From an uncultured Desulfatitalea sp. (GTDB lineage Bacteria > Desulfobacterota > Desulfobacteria > Desulfobacterales > Desulfosarcinaceae), in NCBI GenBank assembly GCA_963668675.2, contig CAXXMB010000001.1:1472001-1536000 (forward strand): DNA of 64,000 nucleotides. Reading direction: 5' to 3'. A program made the translations under genes and the position numbers. Positions within the stretch are counted from its first letter, which is position 1. Each line of letters begins with the position of its first letter. The notes under the pieces were generated by a model. The model was not told the DNA's origin. It saw nothing but the letters and a program-made list of their open reading frames with translations, and did not search any database. This document shows, one piece after another, positions 21,204 through 29,912 of this stretch.

Positions 21204-21986
21204 ATGTGCCTGATCGCCTTTGCATACCATGTCCATCCCGACTACCGACTGATCCTGGCCGCCAACCGGGATGAGTTTTACGAGCGTCCAACAGCGCCAT
21301 TAGACCTCTGGCAAGACCACCCAACCATTCTGGCCGGGCGCGACCTGCAGCAGCAAGGCACCTGGATGGGCATCACCCCCACCGGCCGCATCGCCGCAAT
21401 CACCAACTACCGCGATCCGCAAAACATCAAATCCGGAGCCCCCTCCAGGGGACATCTGGTCTCCAATTTTCTTCTCACTGCCACCCCTCCGGATCGCTAC
21501 CTGGCATCGATCCAACGATCGGCAGAGCGCTACAACGGATTCAACTTGATCGTCGGAGATACCGCTGGACTTTTCTACTTCTCTAACCATGCAGGAGCGG
21601 TGCAGAAACTCGAACCCGGCATCCACGGCTTGAGCAACCACCTGCTCGACACCCCCTGGCCCAAAGTTGAACGATGCAAACAACGCCTGGGAGAGATCAT
21701 CCAAACCAGCGGCAGCATCTCCGAAGATCGGATCTGGGAACTCCTTAAGGACCAAACCCCCGCCCCGGACGACCGCCTGCCGGACACTGGCGTCGACCGC
21801 ACATGGGAACGTGCCCTCAGTCCCATCTTCATCGCCAGTCCCGGATACGGCACCCGCTCCTCATCGATCATCACCATCAACCGGCAAGGCCTCATTCACT
21901 TCAGCGAAATCACCTGGCAAAACAACAAGCCCACCCCCTGCAAAGCGGTGCGCCGCAGTTACGATCTGCAAATCAGGGACGTTTAA
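21204..21986 (+). CDS. NRDE (TANGO2/DUF833) family protein
   Basis: MCLI start, ANRDE motif, GGT-like GTWMG, SRG.LV, YNGFNL, LSN, YGTRS. Confidence 0.95.
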   Translation: MCLIAFAYHVHPDYRLILAANRDEFYERPTAPLDLWQDHPTILAGRDLQQQGTWMGITPTGRIAAITNYRDPQNIKSGAPSRGHLVSNFLLTATPPDRYLASIQRSAERYNGFNLIVGDTAGLFYFSNHAGAVQKLEPGIHGLSNHLLDTPWPKVERCKQRLGEIIQTSGSISEDRIWELLKDQTPAPDDRLPDTGVDRTWERALSPIFIASPGYGTRSSSIITINRQGLIHFSEITWQNNKPTPCKAVRRSYDLQIRDV

Positions 21987-22241
21987 TCTGGTTTTAACGG
22001 AAAACGAAAAAGGAAGGAAAGATGTTTCATGGCGCCACGGATAGCGCCCCAGGTAATTGAGGAATGACCACCCACGATGACTGAAAATTTCCCTGAGCCG
22101 GAATCACATCGGTCGTGTGAGCCATCAGCTCCGCCATATGGTCGGCATTCACCGGCACCGCGGCTGCCCCCAGACCGTATGGGGCGCCACACTCGTATAG
22201 GTGAAGCCATGGAATATTTCAACAGATAGGCGCAGACGTCA

Positions 22242-22275
22242 AAGGGGCGGCAGAACCGAAGTCCAGCCGCCCCTT
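22242..22275 (-). terminator. Hairpin terminator downstream of the OmpA-family gene
   Basis: AAGGGGCGGC...GCCGCCCCTT stem 27 nt after the stop codon. Confidence 0.6.
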
Positions 22276-22302
22276 AACCAAATGATATGAGTTGCCTGAA
22301 AA

Positions 22303-23562
22303 CTATTGAAGCGGCTTGAACTCAACGCGGCGGTTCTCGGCCCGCCCCTTGGCCGTCTTGTTGGTTGCAATGGGTCTGTCCGGACCGTAACCGATCGTAT
22401 CCATCCGGTCGGCGGCGACGCCCTTACCCGTCAAGTAAGCCTTCACCGAATCGGCCCTCTTCTGCGAGAGGCTCAGATTGTAATTCCTGCTGCCGCTGAT
22501 GTCGGTGTGCCCCTGGATCTGAACGCGCACATCTTTGCGCTGGTTCAGGTAGTCTGCGATCTCATCAAGTACCGCGTGGGAAGACGCCTTCAGATCCGAT
22601 CGGTTGTTTTCAAACTGCACCCCCTTGAAAATCCAGGTACCGGCAGCCGTTACAACCGCCTTGGGCAGCGGGCAGCCAACCTTGTCCACACGCTCGCCGG
22701 CTGGCGTATTCGGACACTTGTCCAGATAGTCGTAGACTCCGTCTCCATCCGAATCCTTCGGGCAGCCACGGTTGTCCACAGCCACGCCCCTCGCTGTCCC
22801 CGGACAACGGTCGCTCTTGTCGGGCACCCCGTCCCCATCCTTATCCGCCAAACCGGCCAACAGCGCGCGTTGGACAAACGCCGCCATCCCTGCGCCAGTC
22901 GCCACTTCATCCGCATTGAGCACACCGCCGCATCCGCTCAAGGCGCCCAATTTTGACATAAAACCGGCGCCCAGCGGATCGTTGCCCACCTGCACCGTAT
23001 AGATGCAAAGCCGACCCGCAAACTGCTCCTTGAGCCGGCCCGCCACGGCCAGTGAAGGGGCACCCATATCCTTGCCATCGCTGACGACGATCACCACAAT
23101 ATCGCCCGCTGCGTCCTTCAGATCCCCGGCGACCCCTGCCAGGGCCTTTGCCATCGGACTGGGCCCGCCGGCAGTCGTCACCCGGGCCAACCCCTGGGCT
23201 ACGCCTTCACGACTGTAATCGGCCGGCCCGAAAAGCGACATGGTCGGAACCGGTGCCACCCCGCTATCATGGCCGAAAGAGCGCACCGTCGTCTTGATGC
23301 TCAAATCCGGCATGGTTTGGTTGAAATTGGCCACCACACCGCGCGCCAGGGCAAATTTTTCAACACCATTGTGACCATCCAACATGGATGAAGATGCATC
23401 CAGTACAAACACCAGGTTGTCAGCCTTTTGCGTCCACATGCCCTTTTCAATCGGTTCGGGTACAAACTGAGGCGGTGGCGAAAAGGTCTGCCCCGCACAA
23501 CCGACCATACCCACAAGTATTGCCAAAAGAAAAACACCCCATCCCCATCCTGTTTTTTTCAT
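22303..23562 (-). CDS. Lipoprotein with VWA domain, TSP3-like Ca-binding repeats and OmpA C-terminal domain
   Basis: Lipobox MVGC; DASSS (MIDAS) and SDG; DKDGDGVPD..D.CP and DSDGDGVYD..DKCP; GHTD..G...YN..LS..RA, NRRVE. Confidence 0.9.
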   Translation of the reverse strand: MKKTGWGWGVFLLAILVGMVGCAGQTFSPPPQFVPEPIEKGMWTQKADNLVFVLDASSSMLDGHNGVEKFALARGVVANFNQTMPDLSIKTTVRSFGHDSGVAPVPTMSLFGPADYSREGVAQGLARVTTAGGPSPMAKALAGVAGDLKDAAGDIVVIVVSDGKDMGAPSLAVAGRLKEQFAGRLCIYTVQVGNDPLGAGFMSKLGALSGCGGVLNADEVATGAGMAAFVQRALLAGLADKDGDGVPDKSDRCPGTARGVAVDNRGCPKDSDGDGVYDYLDKCPNTPAGERVDKVGCPLPKAVVTAAGTWIFKGVQFENNRSDLKASSHAVLDEIADYLNQRKDVRVQIQGHTDISGSRNYNLSLSQKRADSVKAYLTGKGVAADRMDTIGYGPDRPIATNKTAKGRAENRRVEFKPLQ

Positions 23563-23789
23563 ACGCCACTCCCTTCAGCGGTGCATCGCCGTGTCAACGG
23601 CATGCCACCAGTTAGAAAAATTGTGCCACCCCACTGTTCATCACGCACTGGACGGATCTCAATTAGAAAGCAGATCTTCGATGAAGCAGGCAGGTTTTCA
23701 AAAAACTGAACTAAGATAGGCAGAACAAGTAAAAAGGCAAGAGCACAGCATCAAACCGCAGCGAAAGAAGAAAAATAGGGTCAAACCCA

Positions 23790-24776
23790 CTATCCGGCAT
23801 CGGCCAGACCCAACTGGGCAATCATCTCCATATCCATCTCGATACTTCGCCCCCGGGTGGTCAGGTAGTTGCCGACCATCAACCCATTGGCGCCGGCAAA
23901 AAAGACCCAGGACTGAAACTCTTTGAGCGTCACCTCCCGGCCCCCGCACACCGTGATATCCTTGCGCGGATGGATGAAGCGAAACAGGGCGATGCAGGCC
24001 AAGGCATCAAGCGGCTGCATCAACGGGTGATCTCCCAGGGGCGTGCCATGGATCGGATTCAAAAAATTGATCGGAACAGCATCCACATTCAGCTCCTTCA
24101 ACGTAAACGCCAATTCCACCCGCTGGTCCCACGATTCGCCCAAACCGAAAATTCCCCCGCTGCAAACCTCCAACCCAGCCGCCTTTGCCGCCAGAAGGGT
24201 ATCGACCATCTCCTCGTAATCATGGGTCGTACAGATCCGATCGAAATAGCTGCGCGCTGTCTCCAAATTGTGGTGATAGCGCGTGATTCCTGCTGACCGG
24301 AGCTTGCGCGCCGATGGCTCCGAGAGCATTCCCAAAGAGGCGCACAGATGAAGCCCGCTGCGCGCCCTCAACTCCTCGGCCACCCGACACACCGTATCGA
24401 TCTCATCCGCATTCAATGCCGTACCGCTGGTCACAACCCCGTAATGGGTCGCACCCGACTCGGCCAGCCTCAGGGCCGAATCGACCAATTGCCCAACCGG
24501 GCGCAATGCATATGTCTCAACCTCGCACCTATGGTGGGCCGACTGGGAACAGAAAGCGCAATCCTCGGCGCACCGACCGCTCTTGGCATTGACAATACCA
24601 CATCGGAACACCTCCTGCGGCTTGAACCATTGCCGGATCTTGTTGGCGCAACTCACCAGATCCATTGCCGTTTCCGCATCTTCGGGAACCAGTTCCAGCG
24701 CCTGGTCAAATGAGATTTGCCAATCGTCAAACATGGTGGTGCGTTCGGCGATATTCATGATCGTCGACTTAAGCAT
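23790..24776 (-). CDS. bioB: Biotin synthase
   Basis: CAEDCAFCSQS radical SAM motif, YHHNLET, CSGGIFGLGE, VPINFL, GANG.MVGNYLTT. Confidence 0.97.
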   Translation of the reverse strand: MLKSTIMNIAERTTMFDDWQISFDQALELVPEDAETAMDLVSCANKIRQWFKPQEVFRCGIVNAKSGRCAEDCAFCSQSAHHRCEVETYALRPVGQLVDSALRLAESGATHYGVVTSGTALNADEIDTVCRVAEELRARSGLHLCASLGMLSEPSARKLRSAGITRYHHNLETARSYFDRICTTHDYEEMVDTLLAAKAAGLEVCSGGIFGLGESWDQRVELAFTLKELNVDAVPINFLNPIHGTPLGDHPLMQPLDALACIALFRFIHPRKDITVCGGREVTLKEFQSWVFFAGANGLMVGNYLTTRGRSIEMDMEMIAQLGLADAG

Positions 24777-24794
24777 ACCCTCTCCCTCCGATTC

Positions 24795-24826
24795 TTGTTA
24801 ACCATATCTTCTTTTCAGGTTAACCA
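24795..24826. promoter_or_regulatory. BirA-type biotin operator
   Basis: TTGTTAACC-N14-GGTTAACCA, 18 nt upstream of the bioB start; matches the tTGTnAACC-N14/15-GGTTnACAa BirA pattern. Confidence 0.8.
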
Positions 24827-25074
24827 CTTTTCAGATCTCATAGCAGAGGTCCAAACGAAACGTCAATGCGCTTCAAACAGAGAAACGCTTTAAATATGGA
24901 AAGGCAGAATGAAGTCAGGAACTGCGATCATTTGGCAGGCAACGTATTGACGAATAGCTTAGCACTAGTCATCCACTTCTTCAACACCTCATCGCCGGCA
25001 AACATCTTCTTCATGTTCGTTACGATGTTGGGATTAAACGAATTGGAGAAGTGGCCGGGGAGGTGTGTTTATGT

Positions 25075-25107
25075 AAAACGGGGCAGCCACGCTGGCTGCC
25101 CCGTTTT
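25075..25107. terminator. Bidirectional rho-independent terminator
   Basis: AAAACGGGGCAGCCA-CGC-TGGCTGCCCCGTTTT perfect hairpin with T-runs on both strands. Confidence 0.85.
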
Positions 25108-25145
25108 AAGAATCAATACAATCTGATATTGGCTTAGATCGAGCT

Positions 25146-26651
25146 TTACTCCTTCTTCTCCTGCTTGGGCGCAAGGGCTTCGCGGTCGCCGTCGCTCATG
25201 CCGGCGATGTATTTGACCAGCTTTTTGCGGGATTCTATGTCGTACTGGGTGGTGATGGCGATCTGCTCCATGATCGGGGATCCACCGCCGTGGTAGCCTC
25301 CCACATTGTGGATGCCGCCCTTGGCCGAACAGAGGACGTCACCGAGGTAGCGCCAGAACTGGGCTTGGTCTTCCGCGTCCATGTGGGGGTTGCGTTTTGT
25401 GTACTTGAGCAGCAGCTCTTTGGTCTCCGGGTTCATGAAATCCTTTTCGTGCGGGAAGGTGGCCACGACGCCGCCGGCGATATTGCAAAGGATTTCGGCT
25501 TCCTTGTAGACCGATTCTCCGGAGAGGCAACGACCCACGTTGCAGTAGATTGAATGGGGGATATAGGAGCCGGGACCGTATGGCACCAGACCCTTTCCGG
25601 GCATGTAGACACGCGGGCTGCCCAGGTCGGAGGCGGTGTAGCCGGCGGCGTATCCCAGCTCGGTGACCATGATCAGTTCGGCCAGCATCTCGCGGACATG
25701 GCTGGTTTTATGGACGTTGTTGACCTCTGCGGCCAGGGCGGCGGCACCCATGACGATGTCGCCGATGGCCGGCTTGCAGCCCGAATAGGAGTGGCGGTGG
25801 AACAGGGCGAAGAGCAGGGCGTTGATGCCGCCGTGCTGATATTCACCGGCCAGGAAGACGCGCTCCCAGGGAACAAAACAGTTATCGAAAATCATGTAGG
25901 AGTCGGTCGAACCGGGCATCCAGCCGCGCTTAAAGTGTTTTCGCTCCCTGAAGCGGTGGATGGTGGCCACCTGTTTCAGGCCCTCCCAGTCACCCGGCAC
26001 GGCGAAGGACACGGCGTAATCTTTGTCTTCGGGGCGCAGGGCCCGGGTGGGAACGACCAGCACTTCGTCGGAGACCGATGCTTCGGAGATGTGCACCTTG
26101 CAGCCTTCGACCACGATGCCGTCGTTGAGGCGCTCTTTGATGTGCACGTATGCGCCCGGATTGGGCTGGTCGGCCGGGCGCAGCAGGCGGTCGCCCTTGA
26201 CATCTGTCTGGGCACAGCAGGCGATGAGGTCTTCACTCTGGAAACGGGTAAGCCACTTCTTGAAGTTCTCATGATACTGGGTTTCGCCGGGTCTCATCTT
26301 GTCGGCTTCGTAAGAGACGTTGTAGATGGCGTTGGTGGCGTCGGTGCCCATGCAGCGCTGGATGCAACCGCCCACCTTCTGGCAGAGCATTCGGGTCATG
26401 TCCTGCTTGTTGTGCAGGTCGTCCGTGTTCTGGTGGATGTGGGTGAAGCGGTTGATGCGCTCTCCGGTGAGATGGGAGATGGCAGTCATCAGCTCCTGGT
26501 TTTCCGGCTTCTCGGCCTCATCATAGGTGGTGCCGATGTTGTTGATGCACTCCATCTGGAGTTCGTCGGTACGGTCGATCAACTCACCGTCGAAATAGAT
26601 ATTGCGCTTCATTTTCGACAGACCATCAATGTAATCTTGCTTCGTCCTCAT
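25146..26651 (-). CDS. 4-hydroxybutyryl-CoA dehydratase (AbfD)/HpaB-family Fe-S flavoprotein, divergent
   Basis: CIQRC and HRHSYSGCK cluster ligands, TDVKGDR..RP..Q, FD.CFVPWERVF, HGGGSP. Confidence 0.85.
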   Translation of the reverse strand: MRTKQDYIDGLSKMKRNIYFDGELIDRTDELQMECINNIGTTYDEAEKPENQELMTAISHLTGERINRFTHIHQNTDDLHNKQDMTRMLCQKVGGCIQRCMGTDATNAIYNVSYEADKMRPGETQYHENFKKWLTRFQSEDLIACCAQTDVKGDRLLRPADQPNPGAYVHIKERLNDGIVVEGCKVHISEASVSDEVLVVPTRALRPEDKDYAVSFAVPGDWEGLKQVATIHRFRERKHFKRGWMPGSTDSYMIFDNCFVPWERVFLAGEYQHGGINALLFALFHRHSYSGCKPAIGDIVMGAAALAAEVNNVHKTSHVREMLAELIMVTELGYAAGYTASDLGSPRVYMPGKGLVPYGPGSYIPHSIYCNVGRCLSGESVYKEAEILCNIAGGVVATFPHEKDFMNPETKELLLKYTKRNPHMDAEDQAQFWRYLGDVLCSAKGGIHNVGGYHGGGSPIMEQIAITTQYDIESRKKLVKYIAGMSDGDREALAPKQEKKE

Positions 26652-26804
26652 TTGTCCTCCTTGTCCGGACCCTCCGAAATCAATTAGAAGTTAGAAATTG
26701 AATTCCCTTCATCTCAAACCGGGCAGTCGCAGCAGCTGTTCGTTTTTCCGTTTCAGGATATAGGGTTATCGCTTCGCCAGATTTAAATGCAGACCGGCGC
26801 TCTG

Positions 26805-26852
26805 AGTATCAGGGAAAACGGGAAAGTGTCAATAAAAAGTATCGAACGTTCG
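26805..26852 (-). promoter_or_regulatory. Putative sigma70 promoter of the AbfD-like gene with adjacent palindrome
   Basis: Minus strand TTGACA (26832-26827), 16 nt, GATACT; perfect palindrome CGAACGTTCG at 26843-26852. Confidence 0.55.
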
Positions 26853-27012
26853 CTCTATTTTTTTCAACTGGCGCAAGCCAAATGGCACGATGCGGTTCCC
26901 TTTTCGAAAGAAAAAAAATCATCGACATCACCCAAACGGGGGATTAATTTTTCGAAAAAACTGCTAAAGTCGAAAAAAATGTCAAGCATCGGTTTCAATG
27001 AAAGGGATGACC

Positions 27013-27807
27013 ATGGACAACCCGCTCAACCTGAGGGGCCTGCAGAGCGATCCGCCCTCGACGCCGAGACCGGATACATTCCGCTGCCCTGCTTGCGGCG
27101 TGGCGGTCGAGATCTGGACCGATGAGAAAATCGGCAGGTGTCGGAGTTGCGGCCTCATTTTTGCTAAAGAGAAAAATACCCTCAGCGTAGATGGGCAGCG
27201 CCCCCAAAAAAGTATGGACAGGGCGCTGACCGAGTTGATGACTCGGGCCATCCGTGCCGGAGCGACGGATGCGGCCGTTGTCGACACGGCCGAGATCGTT
27301 GTGGAGGATCACCTGGCCGAGTTGTGCCTTCCGCCCAAGTGCCCCAACTTCGGCACGTCGGCTGGCTGCCCGCCCCATGTCGGCGGGCCGGCGCAGATGC
27401 GAAGGCGCATTGAAGCCGCCGCCTCAGGTCGGGCGATCGTCATTAAAATCGAAATCCCCTCCTCCACCCTGCTCTCAGATATTGACACGCGTTGCGAGAT
27501 CTTTGCGCTTCTCTCAGAGATCGCCGCCGACATCGAAGAGACGGCCGTGTGGATGGGGTATACCGAAGCCAGTGCCTACGCCGGTGGCGGCTGCAAACAG
27601 ACCTTCTGCCGCGAACATACCGCCTGCCGGGTGATCGAAGAAGATGGCGCCTGTCGCCATCCCCACAAAGCGCGCCCCTCCATGTCCGGCTTCGGCGTCA
27701 ATGTCGGTCGCTTGATGCAAAGCGCGGGGTGGGAGGCCACCACATCAGGACAAAAAACGGCTGGAGACGATCCGTTTCCCATCTGTGCGCTGGTGATCGT
27801 CGGGTAG
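27013..27807 (+). CDS. DUF2284-like Cys-rich metal-binding protein with N-terminal Zn ribbon
   Basis: CPACG..VEIW.DE...RCRSCG; C..PKCPNFG....CPP; GGGCK..FC.....C; ARPSMSGFGVNV. Confidence 0.75.
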   Translation: MDNPLNLRGLQSDPPSTPRPDTFRCPACGVAVEIWTDEKIGRCRSCGLIFAKEKNTLSVDGQRPQKSMDRALTELMTRAIRAGATDAAVVDTAEIVVEDHLAELCLPPKCPNFGTSAGCPPHVGGPAQMRRRIEAAASGRAIVIKIEIPSSTLLSDIDTRCEIFALLSEIAADIEETAVWMGYTEASAYAGGGCKQTFCREHTACRVIEEDGACRHPHKARPSMSGFGVNVGRLMQSAGWEATTSGQKTAGDDPFPICALVIVG

Positions 27808-27828
27808 CTTATGGATTAGGAGATGTAT

Positions 27829-28638
27829 ATGGACGGATTTGAAAATGTGATGGCAGTCTTCAAACTGCTTCCCAAAACCAACTGCAGGCATTGCAACAAC
27901 GCCACCTGCCTGGCTTTTGCCGCCGCGGTGTTTCAGGGCCGGAAATCTCTGTCCGAATGCCCTCATCTGCCACCGGAGGTGGTCGCCAGGTTGGGAGAAA
28001 AGGCGCCTGCGCCTAAAGATCCGGCAGCCGAGTTGGAAGCGACACTGGCATCGCTTAAGCAACGCATCGCGAAGATCGATCTTGCCGCTGCAGCGCGCAG
28101 TATTGGTGCTGAATTCAGAGATGGACGGCTGACGTTGCGCACGCTCGGTAAGAATTTCAGCGTTGATGAAAAGGGTGATTTCTACACGGATATCCATATC
28201 CACCAATGGATAGCAGTGCCGGTACTCAGCTACATTATACAAAGAGGCGGCGTGACGCCGTCGGGCAACTGGGTGCCTTTACGGGAGCTGAACGGAGGCA
28301 AGGATCGGTATCGGCTCTTCCACCAGCGCTGCGAAAAGCCGCTCAAGCAGTTGGCCGACACCTATACCGATCTGTTTGAAGATCTGGTCATCCTCTTCAA
28401 CGGCCGCCAAGTCGAGAACCACTACGCCTCGGACATCTCCCTGGTGCTCGAGCCGCTGCCCAAGCTGCCGATCCTGATCTGCTACTCGAGGGCCGAGGAG
28501 GGTATCGCGTCCAGCCTCAATCTATTCTTCGACGACACGGCCGAGAAGAACCTGAACATCGAATCGGTCTACACCCTGGCGGCGGGATTGGTGGTCATGT
28601 TCGAAAAGATTGCCCTGCGACATGGGGCAAGGCAGTGA
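27829..28638 (+). CDS. Fe-S cluster domain plus DUF3786-like protein
   Basis: LPKTNCRHC...TCLAFA.......CP.L N-terminal Fe-S module; W...RELNGG..F and LPKLP C-terminal motifs; AGGAG RBS. Confidence 0.8.
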   Translation: MDGFENVMAVFKLLPKTNCRHCNNATCLAFAAAVFQGRKSLSECPHLPPEVVARLGEKAPAPKDPAAELEATLASLKQRIAKIDLAAAARSIGAEFRDGRLTLRTLGKNFSVDEKGDFYTDIHIHQWIAVPVLSYIIQRGGVTPSGNWVPLRELNGGKDRYRLFHQRCEKPLKQLADTYTDLFEDLVILFNGRQVENHYASDISLVLEPLPKLPILICYSRAEEGIASSLNLFFDDTAEKNLNIESVYTLAAGLVVMFEKIALRHGARQ

Positions 28639-28644
28639 TCGCTG

Positions 28645-29757
28645 TTAGAATGATGCAACAAACCGCAACGCGCTAATCAATCCTGCCGGATCGTTCCCCG
28701 TCTTGTAGTTGTCGATCAGGTATTGGAAATCTACCGTCAGGGCGGCAATCTCCGTAAAGGATAGGCGGTAGTAGAGCTCGATGACGCTGCTGTGGTCGAT
28801 AGCGCTGTTGCCGCCGTTGAGGTGGGCGAAACCGACACCGATGGTGTCCTGGGGCCGGGCCCATTGGCTGCCGTTGGCATCGATGCCGCCGGAAAAAAGT
28901 GCCTGGTAGTCGACGAGGGCGTCGTCATCCTGCCAGCCGATGCGCGCCCAGCCCCCCAGGATCTCTCCAAACTGCTGATCGCAGGAGATCATGATGCCGG
29001 TACGGGACTTTTCCGATGTACCGTCGGGGCCGTTGAAATCATCGGTGGTAGCGTCGAGGATCAGCCGGTAGTTCCCTTCGCCAAAGCCTGTCTCCATGTT
29101 GTACCCGGCTTGCAGACCGAAGAAGCGGTAGCTGTTGCTGTCGTCATTTTCAGCTACACTCATATATACGGCGCTGGCGCTCCAGCTTCCCAGCTCCCAT
29201 TGGGCGGAACCACCTAAGTCGTAGGAGGGCAGAGACGCAGTTGCGCCATTGACCAGAGCGCCATTCATAAACTGGGTCAATCCGTCGTTGGCGTATGCGT
29301 TTGTGTCGAGGTAGTCCGTGGCATCGATAATGCCGCCGGCGATATCCAATACACCGGCGCTGCCCAGGCCAAAGGTGTGGCTGTACCAGGCGGTGAGCAG
29401 GTAGTCACGGTCGCGACCACCGATGCCTTTGACATCTTCTTCCAGGTCGGTGGCCCAGGGGGTCAGCAAAAATGGAGAGGCGTCGTCGTTCAACGCATCA
29501 CCGGCTGCAAATCCGAATTTGGCTTGAACCACATCCTGCTCGGTGAGCTGAAAACGGATGCTCGGTTGAAACAAAACGGCGCCCCGCCCGGTGTCGTCCA
29601 CGTCGGGAGCATCGCTGATGTTCTGGTACTGGTAGCCACCGGCCAGATCGCCTTCGATGTTCAGCTTGCCGTCGACGTCCAGGGCATAGGCGACGGCAGT
29701 ACAAAGAAGTAAAGCGACCGTGCAGGTGGTCAGTAGCTTCAGGCAGGATTTCATCAC
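28645..29757 (-). CDS. Outer-membrane beta-barrel porin (OprB-like)
   Basis: Signal peptide ending AYA; D.N.YAND...QF.N; RPQDTIGVGF, ELYYR, VDFQY; C-terminal Phe; GGAGGAG RBS before GTG 29757/ATG 29754. Confidence 0.85.
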   Translation of the reverse strand: MMKSCLKLLTTCTVALLLCTAVAYALDVDGKLNIEGDLAGGYQYQNISDAPDVDDTGRGAVLFQPSIRFQLTEQDVVQAKFGFAAGDALNDDASPFLLTPWATDLEEDVKGIGGRDRDYLLTAWYSHTFGLGSAGVLDIAGGIIDATDYLDTNAYANDGLTQFMNGALVNGATASLPSYDLGGSAQWELGSWSASAVYMSVAENDDSNSYRFFGLQAGYNMETGFGEGNYRLILDATTDDFNGPDGTSEKSRTGIMISCDQQFGEILGGWARIGWQDDDALVDYQALFSGGIDANGSQWARPQDTIGVGFAHLNGGNSAIDHSSVIELYYRLSFTEIAALTVDFQYLIDNYKTGNDPAGLISALRFVASF

Positions 29758-29912
29758 GTCAATACGCTCCTCCACTCGACAACAGGTCGAATTCAGGCTC
29801 GATGGCCACGGTCTTTCCGCCGCGCCGGTGGACAGGCCACGGTTATGCCATGTTATACGAGGGGATGCAACCACGTTTGCGTTTGAAGGCTGTTGAGGGA
29901 GGCGCTTCCGCC

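Noticed and set aside
22085..22225. Structured gap after the NRDE gene with fragments resembling a cobalamin riboswitch (CCGCGGCTGCCCCC, GCCAC..GAAG) or 6S RNA (CCCTGAGCCG)
   Set aside because: Lacks the GGGAA, ACTGT and B12-box core and the 6S central motifs; no downstream + strand gene. A Rfam scan would settle it
23613..23628. sigma54-like TGGCACAATTTTTCT upstream of the OmpA-family gene
   Set aside because: The -12 GC is missing
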